Source of the DNA: Methanothrix sp.
GTDB taxonomy: Archaea > Halobacteriota > Methanosarcinia > Methanotrichales > Methanotrichaceae
Length of the DNA: 64,000 nucleotides
Assembly: GCA_963682135.1 (NCBI GenBank)
Contig: OY821645.1
Coordinates: 2,112,001 to 2,176,000 of the forward strand
Direction: 5' to 3'
Below are positions 38,959-49,202 of the stretch, in pieces. The notes under the pieces were generated by a model. The model was not told where the DNA came from. It did not search any database and was given only the letters and a program-made list of their open reading frames with translations. Position 1 is the first letter of the stretch, and every line of letters begins with the position of its first letter. Position numbers and translations under genes: made by a program.

Positions 38959-39693
38959 TCACAATTTTTTCCTTTGGGCATCCATCGCCGCTTTAATCTT
39001 TTCCCGATCCGCCTTCATCTTCTCGGCAGGAGTCATCTTTGCTTTTACGACTGGGGCGGGTGTGGGATTTTCCTGGACCGTGGCTGTTGCGGGTGCGACC
39101 GTAGTATCCGCAGTATCCTCGCTGCCCTGGCAATTGCCTGGCGGCGTGACGCCTTCATTTACGATAATGCTCAAATTGCCCAAGAAGTTCGCCATCATAT
39201 TCGCGCTCATGTTTACATCCGTTAGGATCATGGCCACAGTCATATTGTTGGGCTGGTAAGCGATAAGGTTTCGATTTCCCAACTTTCCTAAGAGCGCCGG
39301 TCCTGTATCGGATTCATTATAAACGGTCTGAGCCATGATAGGATCGAAAGCTTCCAGATAAGGCTTCAACTCTGTGGTCTCCAGCTCTCTCTGAGGTGCT
39401 TCACAGGGATAGAGAAGATGCAGTTCTACCCTATTTCCGTCCAGCAGCATTGATGCCGCAACCTCTCTCCCGCCGGTATAATTCGATTCGGCCATGGTTT
39501 CCGGCTCCACAACTACCGCGGGGGGAAGACAGAAGACAAGTTTGGCATAGCTTCCCATCTCTGCTCCAGTGCAGACGTCTTTTTCCTGGGCGACCGCAAC
39601 AGAAAACACAGTCATAAGGCCAAGCGTAATGCAACAAAAGAGCAGCATCTTTCCAAGAGGCACCGATCTATCCTCCAATTTTTCAAATTTCAT
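38959..39693 (-). CDS. Hypothetical exported protein
   Basis: GAGGTG RBS, N-terminal hydrophobic segment, Lys-rich C-terminus. Confidence 0.7.
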   Translation of the reverse strand: MKFEKLEDRSVPLGKMLLFCCITLGLMTVFSVAVAQEKDVCTGAEMGSYAKLVFCLPPAVVVEPETMAESNYTGGREVAASMLLDGNRVELHLLYPCEAPQRELETTELKPYLEAFDPIMAQTVYNESDTGPALLGKLGNRNLIAYQPNNMTVAMILTDVNMSANMMANFLGNLSIIVNEGVTPPGNCQGSEDTADTTVAPATATVQENPTPAPVVKAKMTPAEKMKADREKIKAAMDAQRKKL

Positions 39694-39859
39694 CCAATCC
39701 ACCTCATTGCTAATTGTTTTATCTCCCTTACAAATTCTAAATATTTGTTTCCGTTTATACCTCTCAAACTATTTAGCCGTTTTCCAATCGCAGATAGAAA
39801 GCTCCGATATGATAATATACTTGAAATAATCTGTGTACAAATTTAGGATAAAAGAATGA

Positions 39860-40342
39860 GTGGAGGATAGAATAGTGAAGTCAAAATTAAAGGTGAAATA
39901 TTTTGTCGCAGCTTTGATGTTTTTAACCATAAGCGCCAGCGCATCTGTTGTCATAAACGAGATGGAACTGAATCCACCGGAGGGCGGGGTGGATTGGGTT
40001 GAGATTTACAACCCGGATAACGAGAGCGTGGACATCAGCGGATGGATGGCAGAGATCACCGATGGAAGCTGGGTGGGAAAGCTCCCCGCTGTGCCCGCCG
40101 GAACCATTCTGCAGGCCAAGGGGTTTTATGTCTTCAATGGCCAGTCTTCCTGGAATCATAATGATGGCGGATATGCCACACTCTACAGCGCATCCGGAGA
40201 GGAAGTGGACAAAACGGCCAACCGGCAGGACTCCATGAACAACGACTTCACCTATGGCAGGCACCCGGATGGTCACGACACAAATGCTGATGGTGACTGG
40301 GGCCTGGGTTCCGCCACCAAGGGCGAATCAAATATACGCTAA
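39860..40342 (+). CDS. Secreted lamin-tail-domain (LTD) protein
   Basis: VVINEMELNP..DWVEIYNPDNESVDISGW. Confidence 0.85.
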   Translation: MEDRIVKSKLKVKYFVAALMFLTISASASVVINEMELNPPEGGVDWVEIYNPDNESVDISGWMAEITDGSWVGKLPAVPAGTILQAKGFYVFNGQSSWNHNDGGYATLYSASGEEVDKTANRQDSMNNDFTYGRHPDGHDTNADGDWGLGSATKGESNIR

Positions 40343-40363
40343 TATGATGGGTGTGAAAAGAAA

Positions 40364-40834
40364 ATGTTGCTTAAATCAGAAATCGGAATCAAGGCACTCT
40401 TAGCCTTCTGCGGCCTTATGGCCATCTGCGGCCAGGGCATGTGCGACGTGGTTATCAATGAGTTTGAGCTAAGCCCGCCCGACAACGGCACCGTGTGGGT
40501 AGAGCTTTACAACACGGGAGATGCAGCCGTGGATCTGACCGGCTGGACGATCAATATCGTCGACAAACCCTGGGAGGGGCCCATCCCCCTGAAGGGCAGC
40601 ATCGAGCCCAAGGGATTCGTGGCTTTTGACGGTCAGGATACCTGGACTGCTACCGGAAACGGAACCGTATTTCTCTACGACGCCACCGGCGCTGAGGTAG
40701 ACAAGACATCCCAGCAGAGCGACAACTCTTATAGCGACTTCACCTATGGTCGCCTCCCGGATGGTAAGAAGACCGATACCAGGGCAGACTTTGCCTTCAT
40801 GATGGCCAGCAAAGGCAGGTCCAACGTCCGCTGA
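40364..40834 (+). CDS. Secreted lamin-tail-domain (LTD) protein, tandem paralogue
   Basis: VVINEFELSP..WVELYNTGDAAVDLTGW; shared DFTYGRxPDG. Confidence 0.85.
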   Translation: MLLKSEIGIKALLAFCGLMAICGQGMCDVVINEFELSPPDNGTVWVELYNTGDAAVDLTGWTINIVDKPWEGPIPLKGSIEPKGFVAFDGQDTWTATGNGTVFLYDATGAEVDKTSQQSDNSYSDFTYGRLPDGKKTDTRADFAFMMASKGRSNVR

Positions 40835-41014
40835 GCCCGGGCCTGGTACAAGGTGAGATAGACCATTACCTGAGACCATACATAGAACTTCTCTGGCCCA
40901 CCCGGCTGAAAGCAAGCCGAAACGGCCAGATGAACATTTTTTCCTGGAAAGATCAATCAGATCAAACAATGCAAAATGCCTTAAAAAAATATAAGAAATG
41001 GTTTGCCAAAGCCG

Positions 41015-41878
41015 TTAATTCATTTGCAGAGTGTAATGAGTATCCTGATTGAAGTTCTTCGTATGCTCATTCTTGTTGATGATGCCGCCCATGCCGTCCC
41101 TCTGAGAGATGGTGATGGTATGAGTCTTGCCGCCACCTATCGTTAAGCTGGCTATTCCGTCCAGGGATCCATCGCTGTTATCGTTACAGAAAAATACACC
41201 GTCCACAAAGACATCGTAGCCCTTGATTCTTTGAGATTTTATGGTAACGAAAGCGTCACCCATTGAGATAGAATTCACATCCAATGGTGAGAACGACGGC
41301 TCGCTTTGCCTGGGCAGGACATCCAGGATAAGGGCATTGCCCGGCTCGCTTGCTTGGGCAAGCAGCATGAAGAGCCTGCCGGTCACCTCCGGCGTCAGTC
41401 TGAGCCGATAGTAGCCGGCCAGGAATTTGTGATTCCAGTGTTTAGTTGTGTTACTGGCATAGGATACGAGATAGATATCGCCACTGCCGTCTCGAGGAGT
41501 GCGCACTATCAGGTCGACTGCTTCTCCAGCCGTGACCTGCCCATAACGGCTCCAGACTGAATCCTTGGCAATCCATAGCTCGCTGAAAAGTGGCGCACAA
41601 GCACTGGAAACATAATCGGAGTAGTTAAGCTGCCTCTCACCCAGGAGGATGGATTGGGGCTCATTGCCGCTCAGGTTGAAGTATATTGGATCGGATAGGG
41701 TGGTTACGCGATTTTCCTGTGCACCATTTGCCAGGGAGACCCCCCCAGGTTCCGTCCAAGGCTCCTCTGTCCAGACCGGATTTCCCTCCGGCATTGCCCA
41801 GGCCGAGAGTACCAATAGCATAAAGAATGTTGAGGCGAAAGCCGCGCCCCAAAGATATTGATAGTGGTTAGAGCGCAT
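41015..41878 (-). CDS. Hypothetical secreted protein with C-terminal PEGA-like segment
   Basis: Signal-like N-terminus; GYDVFVDG motif; start abuts the argS stop. Confidence 0.72.
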   Translation of the reverse strand: MRSNHYQYLWGAAFASTFFMLLVLSAWAMPEGNPVWTEEPWTEPGGVSLANGAQENRVTTLSDPIYFNLSGNEPQSILLGERQLNYSDYVSSACAPLFSELWIAKDSVWSRYGQVTAGEAVDLIVRTPRDGSGDIYLVSYASNTTKHWNHKFLAGYYRLRLTPEVTGRLFMLLAQASEPGNALILDVLPRQSEPSFSPLDVNSISMGDAFVTIKSQRIKGYDVFVDGVFFCNDNSDGSLDGIASLTIGGGKTHTITISQRDGMGGIINKNEHTKNFNQDTHYTLQMN

Positions 41879-43591
41879 TTACATCGTCTCTAGAGCATCA
41901 ATGCCCAGGGTATCCAGGGTCGTTCGCAGGGCATTGCGCGCTGCCCCGGCCAGGGCGAGCCTTGCCTGGCGCAGCCTCGGCTCGGCGTCCAGCACCGGGC
42001 TGTAGCGGTAGAAGTGGTTGAAGCTCTCCGCCAGCTCGCGGGCGTAGGTGGCCAGTTGATGAGGCTTCAGCTCACGGGCGGCTCTGTCGATGACCAGATC
42101 AAACTGTGCAATCTTCTTGATGAGGGCGATCTCGTTTTCGCCGGTGAGCAGATCGGCCTGGACCTTGACCGCCCCCTCCTGGCCCGCGTCTCCCCTGCAC
42201 AGATCTTCTCCCTTGCGCAGGATGCTGCAAGCGCGGGCATGCGAGTACTGGATGAAGGGCGCGGAAAGCTTCTCAAAGTCCAGGGCCTGCTTCCAGTCAA
42301 AGGTGGTAGCCTTGTCAGGGGAGACTTTGACCACGTCGTAGCGCACTGCTCCCGTCGCCACCTGGGCCGCCACCACTTTCAGGAATTCCAGGCTCTCCTC
42401 CGGGCGTCTCAACCGGACCTCTTCATAGGCCTGTTTCTCCACCTCATCGAGCAGCTCATCCGCAGAGATGAACTTGCCCTTTCTGGTGCTCATTGAACCG
42501 GTGGGCAGGGAGACGAACTCGAAAATGACCACCTCAGGTTCGCGAACGCCCAAAAGGCGCAGGGCGGTGCACAGCTGCCCGGAGACCAGCTTGTGGTCGG
42601 CACCCAGAACATCCACGGAGCGGTCCGAGTTCAGGGACTTCCAGCGGTGGTAGGCCAGGTCGCGGGTGATGTAAAGCGAGGTTCCGTTCGCCCTCTTGAG
42701 GACCATCTTCTTCTCAAAGCCGTGGCCGGTGAGATCGAGCTGAAAAGCGCCCCCCTCGTATTCCGTGAGCCCCGTCTTCTCCAGTTGGCCAAGAATCTCT
42801 GAGACATCCCCCTTTCGCACGAACTCCGATTCCCAGTGGTAGCTGTCGTGGCGGATGTTCATGCGGTGCAGTGTCTGTTCTATGCCGCCAATGGCGTACT
42901 TGATGGCGCTCTGGATCTTGGCCACCGTCTCATCGTCGCCCGCCTCGTAGCGCTGGATAACCTGATCAGCCTCATCCCGGATCTCGGGATTGGTTTCCAT
43001 GAGACGGTTGGCGGCGATGTAGACCTTGGCCACGGCGTGGTCGGCCTTGCTGCCGTCCAGCTGGAAGTGATCGCAGCCCACGACCACCATGGCTTCCTGG
43101 CGGCCCATGTCGTTGACGTAGTACTGGGCGTCCACAGTGCAGCCTGCCCGGCGCAGGATGCGCACCAGCGTGTCGCCGATCACGGAATTGCGGATGTGGC
43201 CCACGTGCAGTGGCCCGTCGGGATTGGCGGAGGTGTGCTCCACGATGACTCTTTCGTTCATGCGGCCGGTCCAGGCGTTGTCTGCCAGGGCCTGCTGCAA
43301 GACGGTCTCCAGAAACTTCCGGCTCATGAAGAAGTTGAGATAGGGGCCGGAAAGCTCCACCTTTTGCACATAACTGAAATTCTGGCCGATTGCCTGGTGA
43401 ATCTCCCTGGCAATGACCACCGGACTTTTTTTCAGCAAAGGCGCCAGCCGGAAGGCCACGGACGAAGCCAGGTCGGCATGAGGGCTCAACTCCAGCCCAA
43501 GATTGTTTACTCCTTCCTCTACCTTGAATTCGCAGGAACTGAGGGCATCGCGAAGAAGCCCCTCAACCTCGCCTAGAAAATCGAGAAACAT
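41879..43591 (-). CDS. argS: Arginyl-tRNA synthetase
   Basis: EHTSANPDGPLHVGHIRN, LYITRDLAYH, MSTRKG, QYSHARACSI. Confidence 0.97.
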   Translation of the reverse strand: MFLDFLGEVEGLLRDALSSCEFKVEEGVNNLGLELSPHADLASSVAFRLAPLLKKSPVVIAREIHQAIGQNFSYVQKVELSGPYLNFFMSRKFLETVLQQALADNAWTGRMNERVIVEHTSANPDGPLHVGHIRNSVIGDTLVRILRRAGCTVDAQYYVNDMGRQEAMVVVGCDHFQLDGSKADHAVAKVYIAANRLMETNPEIRDEADQVIQRYEAGDDETVAKIQSAIKYAIGGIEQTLHRMNIRHDSYHWESEFVRKGDVSEILGQLEKTGLTEYEGGAFQLDLTGHGFEKKMVLKRANGTSLYITRDLAYHRWKSLNSDRSVDVLGADHKLVSGQLCTALRLLGVREPEVVIFEFVSLPTGSMSTRKGKFISADELLDEVEKQAYEEVRLRRPEESLEFLKVVAAQVATGAVRYDVVKVSPDKATTFDWKQALDFEKLSAPFIQYSHARACSILRKGEDLCRGDAGQEGAVKVQADLLTGENEIALIKKIAQFDLVIDRAARELKPHQLATYARELAESFNHFYRYSPVLDAEPRLRQARLALAGAARNALRTTLDTLGIDALETM

Positions 43592-43720
43592 GGGAACACC
43601 AGTATGAATAGTATGTTTATCGATAAATAGGATGAGGCGATATAAGCATTACGTCATGCACAGTCCTTTCTAGGAAAGTATATGATGTTCGGCGACTTAC
43701 ATTAATGATGAGGTTTTACC

Positions 43721-44947
43721 ATGAAACTCTTTGCAGTTGTTCTGATACTTTTGTTGTGCGCCCCTGCCCTTGCCATCTCTGATGAGGCGAACGGGGTCGA
43801 AGCCACCACCGCCATTACCCTGCCTGTAGACTCCGTCACCATCTATCCGGACGGCCTGATGGCAGTGAAACGAACGGGGAGCCTGGATGTGACAGACGGC
43901 GTGCATAAATTTGTGATCAATGTTCCTGAGAAGGCCGAGCTAAGCTCAGTGCTCCTAACCGTAAGCAACGCGAGCCAGGAACGGGTGGTCTACGATGCCA
44001 ATCCCGTCTACACCCTGAACATCTCCGCGCCGGGATCGCAGAATTTTGACCTCTCCTATCTCATGTACGATGCCGCCACCTGGAAGCCGGTCTACGACCT
44101 GCACCTTCTTCGTGACTCTGTATTGGTGAAGGCCAATGCGGTGCTGAGCAATCGCGGCGGAGAGGATCTCAAGAACGTGCGCCTCAAGCTGGTAGCGGGC
44201 CTGCCTCTGGGAATCGAGCCATTTCTAGCCAAGGCCGCGCCCCAGATAAATCAGCGATATGCTGAAGCCGCCCCCATGGCAGCTATGGACTATGCAGCCG
44301 CGCCAGCGCCCGCCTCGGGAGAGCTGGAGACGCTCTACATCTTCGAGCTGGAAGGGCGAAAGGACCTGGTCATGGATAAGGAGATCGGCTTTCCCCTCTT
44401 CGAGGAAAATGCGCCCCTGGTGAGAATTTACACATGGGATGCCTACAGCCAGGAGGAAGGCCCGGCCAAGGAGGAGATTCGAGCCAACAACACCATGACC
44501 AGTCCCTGGCCGACGGGAAACGCTCTGCTCTACAGAAATGACGAGTACGTCTCCACCATTGAGATGCCCTACACTCCAGCCGGCACCAACGCCTCCATAG
44601 TAGTGGGACCCTCTGCCGATCTGAAGGTGGAGCGCAAGCTCTTCGACTACAATAAAACCGAGAACATTAAAGTGATAGGCCGGGGGCAGGGCAATCATAC
44701 AGTGAAAGAGACCATTGAAGCCTGGACCTATAACCTGAAGATCAAGAGCAACCTGGACCGAGCGGCAGCGCTGGAGGTAACGGACAGCAAACCCCAGGAG
44801 GCCGTGATTATCTCCGTCACGCCCAAGCCTGCCGAGAGCACAGCCACCAGCCTCAAGTGGAAACTGCAGCTTGCGTCCCGGCAGAAGATGGCTATAAATT
44901 ACACCTATCAGGTAACTACGACGGAGAGCCTGGATCGGGCATATTAG
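43721..44947 (+). CDS. Secreted DUF4139-family protein
   Basis: SVTIYPDG, LSYLMYDATWKPVYDL, NRGGEDLKNVRLKLVAG. Confidence 0.8.
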   Translation: MKLFAVVLILLLCAPALAISDEANGVEATTAITLPVDSVTIYPDGLMAVKRTGSLDVTDGVHKFVINVPEKAELSSVLLTVSNASQERVVYDANPVYTLNISAPGSQNFDLSYLMYDAATWKPVYDLHLLRDSVLVKANAVLSNRGGEDLKNVRLKLVAGLPLGIEPFLAKAAPQINQRYAEAAPMAAMDYAAAPAPASGELETLYIFELEGRKDLVMDKEIGFPLFEENAPLVRIYTWDAYSQEEGPAKEEIRANNTMTSPWPTGNALLYRNDEYVSTIEMPYTPAGTNASIVVGPSADLKVERKLFDYNKTENIKVIGRGQGNHTVKETIEAWTYNLKIKSNLDRAAALEVTDSKPQEAVIISVTPKPAESTATSLKWKLQLASRQKMAINYTYQVTTTESLDRAY

Positions 44948-45153
44948 TTTCAAAAATTTTCTTTTTTATGTCCCTTTTTCTGATAGCTTCAGATAAATCC
45001 GTTCATCTCCTGGGCCCGCTCGAGTCTCAGGTGCCTGCGTCCTTCCGTTAACCTTCATTTAGCAGACCGCGAATCACATAAATAGGATGATGGATGAGTT
45101 CGTATTCATCTTCGATAATTCGCGGATTGTTATCAAGGGGGCAAAAAAAGAAA

Positions 45154-45444
45154 ATGCAACTTACAGGAATAATTAAAAAATCGGGAGATTGTTATGTGGC
45201 ACTGTGCATTGAGATCAATGTATCCAGCCAAGGAGAGAGCATAGAAGATGCGAGGAAAATGCTGCAAGAGGCTTGTGATGAGTATCTCTCCTATATGAAG
45301 GATGAAGGGCTGGAAGATGATATAAAATCAGTTCCTATGGACATTCTACGTGAATTTCTTATGGATGACGTCGAGTGCGTAAAGCCGTCTTCGAGTTGGG
45401 TTTATTCAGAAAGCATAACCTTTGAGGTTTGTGCCAGTGTCTAA
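45154..45444 (+). CDS. hicB: HicB family antitoxin (short form)
   Basis: YVALCIEINVSSQGESIEDARKMLQEA. Confidence 0.85.
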   Translation: MQLTGIIKKSGDCYVALCIEINVSSQGESIEDARKMLQEACDEYLSYMKDEGLEDDIKSVPMDILREFLMDDVECVKPSSSWVYSESITFEVCASV

Positions 45445-45673
45445 GAAAATCCCACCCATGTCGAGCCAGAAACTTATCAAGCTTCTCAATCAAGGCAATG
45501 CCAGATTCGTCAGGCAGAGCGGAACCAGCCACGCCATCTTTGAGCGAGAGAGTGATGGGAGAATGTACAGAACACCTGTGATTATGGCCAAGAGCGATCT
45601 TTCATCTAAATATGTAAAACTCGTTTTGCGTCAGTTGGGCTTTACAGATGCAGAAGTAGATGCGCTTATTTGA
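45437..45673 (+). CDS. hicA: HicA family toxin
   Basis: KLIKLL...FVRQSGTSHAIF..; overlaps the hicB stop. Confidence 0.78.
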   Translation: MSKKIPPMSSQKLIKLLNQGNARFVRQSGTSHAIFERESDGRMYRTPVIMAKSDLSSKYVKLVLRQLGFTDAEVDALI

Positions 45674-45731
45674 AATGTGAGATATTTAGTCCGCGCGAAA
45701 AAAAAATGATCGGCATAGAGGGCTTTAGCGT

Positions 45732-46190
45732 CTAATCCACCTGCACCCTCTGCGCGTTTATAACCACGAGTTTAGGAAGATGAACCTCCAATATGCCGTC
45801 CTTGAAGGTGGCTTTCACCTGTTCCGGCTTGACCTCTATGGGCAGCTTGATATCCCGCTTGCGGCCCATTGTGCCCATCTCCCGGCGCAGATATTTTCCC
45901 TCTCTGGGAGTGGTCTTGGCATCGACATAGAGGCTGTCCTCCGTCACCCGCAGATCGATCTTCTCCTTGCTGGCACCCGGCAAAGCCACCAGGACGATCA
46001 GCTCATCGTCCGCCTCAATGAGATCGATAGGGGCAAGATCGCTGCTCTTGACCTCGCTAATCTCGCTGCTCACATCTCCCAGGATCTTCTTGGCCGCTTG
46101 GCTCGCCTGGCTGGACATCCTGGCAGCCTCAACGGCCGCCCTGCCGATCACACGTTCCAGATCGCTGCTCCCTGAGGTATCGGATTTCAT
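45732..46190 (-). CDS. Hsp20/alpha-crystallin family protein
   Basis: PIDLIE..LPGASKEKI, KATFKDGILEVHLPK. Confidence 0.92.
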   Translation of the reverse strand: MKSDTSGSSDLERVIGRAAVEAARMSSQASQAAKKILGDVSSEISEVKSSDLAPIDLIEADDELIVLVALPGASKEKIDLRVTEDSLYVDAKTTPREGKYLRREMGTMGRKRDIKLPIEVKPEQVKATFKDGILEVHLPKLVVINAQRVQVD

Positions 46191-46212
46191 GATCAAAATA
46201 ATGTCATTGCCA

Positions 46213-47514
46213 TCATAAAACCTTTTGCTTTATCCTCGATTTTCCAAGGAAGCGGCCATATCCCGATGGGACGAGAAAATCTCCATCGTAGACTACCTTG
46301 CCCCGAACCAAAGTCATTTGGGGAAAGATGGCATCTTTTCCCTCAAAGGGCGTCCATTCCGCCCGGCTGTGCAAACGATCGGCATTTATCTGCGTGACGG
46401 ACTTGGTATCGAAAATCACCAGATCGGCATCCTTGCCCGTCTCAATGGTCCCCTTACCGGCCAGGCCGAAGATGCAAGCAGGCCTGCGGGCTGCGGCATC
46501 CACCAGCCTCTCCAGGCCGAGCAGGTTTCTTTTCACCGCAATGAGCATCATGGGCAGCATGGTCTCCACGCCCGGCACCCCAGCCGGCGCTTCCCAGATG
46601 TCATCCTTCTTCTCCTCAGGCAGGTGCGGCGCATGATCCGAGGCCAAGATATCGATAGTCCCTGATCGCAGGCCCTGCCAGAGAGCATCGTTGTCCGCCT
46701 GGCGTCTCAAGGGTGGATTCATCTTCAGGTATGAGCCCTGTTTTTTATAATCCTTGATGTTGAGCAAAAGGTGATGAGGTGTCGCCTCACAGGTCACTTT
46801 TTTGCCGTCTCTCTTTGCCTTTGCTACCCTTTCCAGACCCAAGGCCGAACTGAGGTGGCAGATGTGCAGACGGCTGGCCCAACTCAGACACTTGTCTATG
46901 GCTACCGCCTCGGCTGCCGCAGGCCGTGCCTCGGAATAGACCTCTGCATCATGCCGACCCAGGAGTGAAGCGGCCAGCTCTTTTATAATCAACCCGTCCT
47001 CGGCATGAAGGGTAGCCAGCATTCCTGCCTGCTCTGCTTGCACAAGGATTTTCAAAAGCCGCTCGTCGCTGTGCTCATAGGAAAATATCTCGCCTATGGC
47101 CGTCGCCCCGGCTGCCGCCAGCTCATCGATATTTCCAGGCCCCCCATTAAGGCAGAAGTCTACCAGAGAGCGATGGCGGGCAATATCCAGCTTCTCTCTA
47201 AAGGATCTGGCGTCCAATGTACGGGGAGATGTGTTGGGCTGATCGATTACCGTGGTCACCCCACCAGCGGCAGCTGCCGCCGATCCGCTGGCCCAGTCCT
47301 CTTTGTAATTGGGCCCAGGATCACGAAAGTGCACATGAGCATCGATGGCACCGGGCAGAACCAGCATGCCCTTCGCATCGATTCTCTCCTCGGCTTGGTG
47401 GTCTCCGCCCATGGCCGCAATTCGTCCATCTTTGATCCAGATGTCTATGCTCATCTGCCCGTGGGCCGTAAAAACCCGGCCGTTCTTAACTACCAGATCA
47501 AAGTTTATATCCAA
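46213..47514 (-). CDS. pyrC: Dihydroorotase
   Basis: PGAIDAHVHFRDPG, PNTSP, EATPHHL, KMNPPLR, ASDHAPH; start approximate. Confidence 0.92.
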   Translation of the reverse strand: MDINFDLVVKNGRVFTAHGQMSIDIWIKDGRIAAMGGDHQAEERIDAKGMLVLPGAIDAHVHFRDPGPNYKEDWASGSAAAAAGGVTTVIDQPNTSPRTLDARSFREKLDIARHRSLVDFCLNGGPGNIDELAAAGATAIGEIFSYEHSDERLLKILVQAEQAGMLATLHAEDGLIIKELAASLLGRHDAEVYSEARPAAAEAVAIDKCLSWASRLHICHLSSALGLERVAKAKRDGKKVTCEATPHHLLLNIKDYKKQGSYLKMNPPLRRQADNDALWQGLRSGTIDILASDHAPHLPEEKKDDIWEAPAGVPGVETMLPMMLIAVKRNLLGLERLVDAAARRPACIFGLAGKGTIETGKDADLVIFDTKSVTQINADRLHSRAEWTPFEGKDAIFPQMTLVRGKVVYDGDFLVPSGYGRFLGKSRIKQKVL

Positions 47515-47980
47515 ACCTCCGCAGCAACTTGCGTCTATCCTCGACCTGGGCCGGAGTCTCCGCTCCAAGGGGCGAGAAGCCATCAATGACACCCATAATT
47601 CCCCGTCCTTGCTCCGTCTCGGCTACAACCACCTGTAAGGGATTGGCTGTTGCGCAGAAGATGCCGCAGACCTCCTGCACGGCTTTGATAGCGTTCAGGA
47701 CGTTAATGGGAAAAGCCCCCTTCATCAGCACCACAAAGGTATGCCCGCAGGCGAGAGCCAGGGAATTTCCTCTGGCAGCCTCGATGAGGCTTTCATCGTT
47801 GCCTTCCGTGCGCACCAGGCAGTCGCCGCTGGCCTCGGAAAAAGCGACGGCGAACTTCGCGAATGGGATTGTGCCCGCCATGACCTCATAGATATCCTCA
47901 GCCGTTTTGATGAAGTGACTTTGCCCTAGAATCAGATTCGCTCCTTCAGGAATTTTTACATCTACGATCTTTAGCTCCAT
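47498..47980 (-). CDS. Adenosine-specific kinase family (DUF355)
   Basis: NLILGQSHFIKTAED, AFSEASG, CATANP, GVIDG. Confidence 0.9.
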   Translation of the reverse strand: MELKIVDVKIPEGANLILGQSHFIKTAEDIYEVMAGTIPFAKFAVAFSEASGDCLVRTEGNDESLIEAARGNSLALACGHTFVVLMKGAFPINVLNAIKAVQEVCGIFCATANPLQVVVAETEQGRGIMGVIDGFSPLGAETPAQVEDRRKLLRRFGYKL

Positions 47981-48029
47981 CAACAATACCCTCGTAGTAG
48001 TGTTGTGTGCGGGCTGCAGACTTATACTT

Positions 48030-48308
48030 TTACTTATTGCGAAGTCCCTTCTTGGGCCCCACAGATTGCTTTGCCAACTGCTTGCTCTTCTTAGTAATAA
48101 TTGAAGAGGTTATATAGTAGACTACTATGAACAATATGGCAGAATATATCGCCATGCTGATCGATTCTATGATATTTAGCTTCAACAAAAAGTAAGAATA
48201 TGGGACATATATCAGTAGAACCATAATACCGGCAATAGCTGCCTGTTGCATCAGCGTATACTGCCGAAAGCGCAAAATAAGCTCTGTATAACTTGGAAAA
48301 TTCACCAC
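48030..48308 (-). CDS. Small 2-TM hypothetical protein
   Basis: Overlaps the upstream stop; two hydrophobic segments and a basic tail. Confidence 0.7.
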   Translation of the reverse strand: MVNFPSYTELILRFRQYTLMQQAAIAGIMVLLIYVPYSYFLLKLNIIESISMAIYSAILFIVVYYITSSIITKKSKQLAKQSVGPKKGLRNK

Positions 48309-49198
48309 GGGTCCTTCACCTCATCGACTCTTAGCATTCCTTTTCTGTTCATATAAAGCCTTGTCCACCAGAGATTTGATAGGGGCGCTAAAACCAGCAT
48401 ATTCACTATGCCGTTGAGCGCCGAGAGAGGAGCACCACTTATCTCCTCGCCCGTAGAAAATGCGCCGCTGATCATCTGCAGGCCCAGAGATAAAGCAGCT
48501 ACTACCAGCCAGAGAATTACCACATCAAACTTGTTGTAACGGAAAAAATTTGCGGATGCCAAAACAGCCTGCATAGGCCCCAGGTCCTCTACCACCAGGG
48601 CATAAGGCACGCTGACCAGAACCACAGAAAGGGCCAGGGCATAAAGTATGAAGAGGAGCAGGCCCACTGCCACCAGGCCAATAGCCTGCGAATCCGCCTG
48701 CAAAGACGTCACTCCCTGGGCCAGTGCCGGCAGAAGGAAGATCAGGCCGGCCAGTGTCAGCAATCCCAACAACAGGGTTGCCAGGAACATATTAAAGAAA
48801 TGGGTCTTTCCGGCGGACCACATGCTACCTGTATCAGATTTCCCCGTATCCAGAGCTTGCCTGGCCATGCCTATAGCCCCGGCTGTGAAGAATGCATTAA
48901 CCAAAGACAATACTAGGACCAGCACCAAGAAGATAACTGCGATCGGTAGGATCTTCTCCATCTCAAGATGATCCAAAGAGCCCTGCATCTGAGCGATCAG
49001 CTCTTGCATATTTTCATCATTTTGCAGCAAGGTCGCATTCATGCTAGCCATGGGCATGGAGGTCATAAAGATGGCCGCCAGGAAGGGCAGGGAGATTATC
49101 ATGGAGAGGAAAATGCTGAGCAGGAAGGGAATACATAGGTTTAGGTTGCTTCTCCAGATGCCAAATCCCTTGCCGATCAAATCTCCAATTTCTTCCAT
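48302..49198 (-). CDS. Conserved multi-pass membrane protein
   Basis: About six TMs; AFFTAGAIGMA, PYALVVEDLG..AVLAS. Confidence 0.8.
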   Translation of the reverse strand: MEEIGDLIGKGFGIWRSNLNLCIPFLLSIFLSMIISLPFLAAIFMTSMPMASMNATLLQNDENMQELIAQMQGSLDHLEMEKILPIAVIFLVLVLVLSLVNAFFTAGAIGMARQALDTGKSDTGSMWSAGKTHFFNMFLATLLLGLLTLAGLIFLLPALAQGVTSLQADSQAIGLVAVGLLLFILYALALSVVLVSVPYALVVEDLGPMQAVLASANFFRYNKFDVVILWLVVAALSLGLQMISGAFSTGEEISGAPLSALNGIVNMLVLAPLSNLWWTRLYMNRKGMLRVDEVKDPW

Positions 49199-49202
49199 TT
49201 AT

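Noticed and set aside
40892-40942. Nested hairpin between convergent genes
   Set aside because: Followed by a T-run; adequately explained as a terminator
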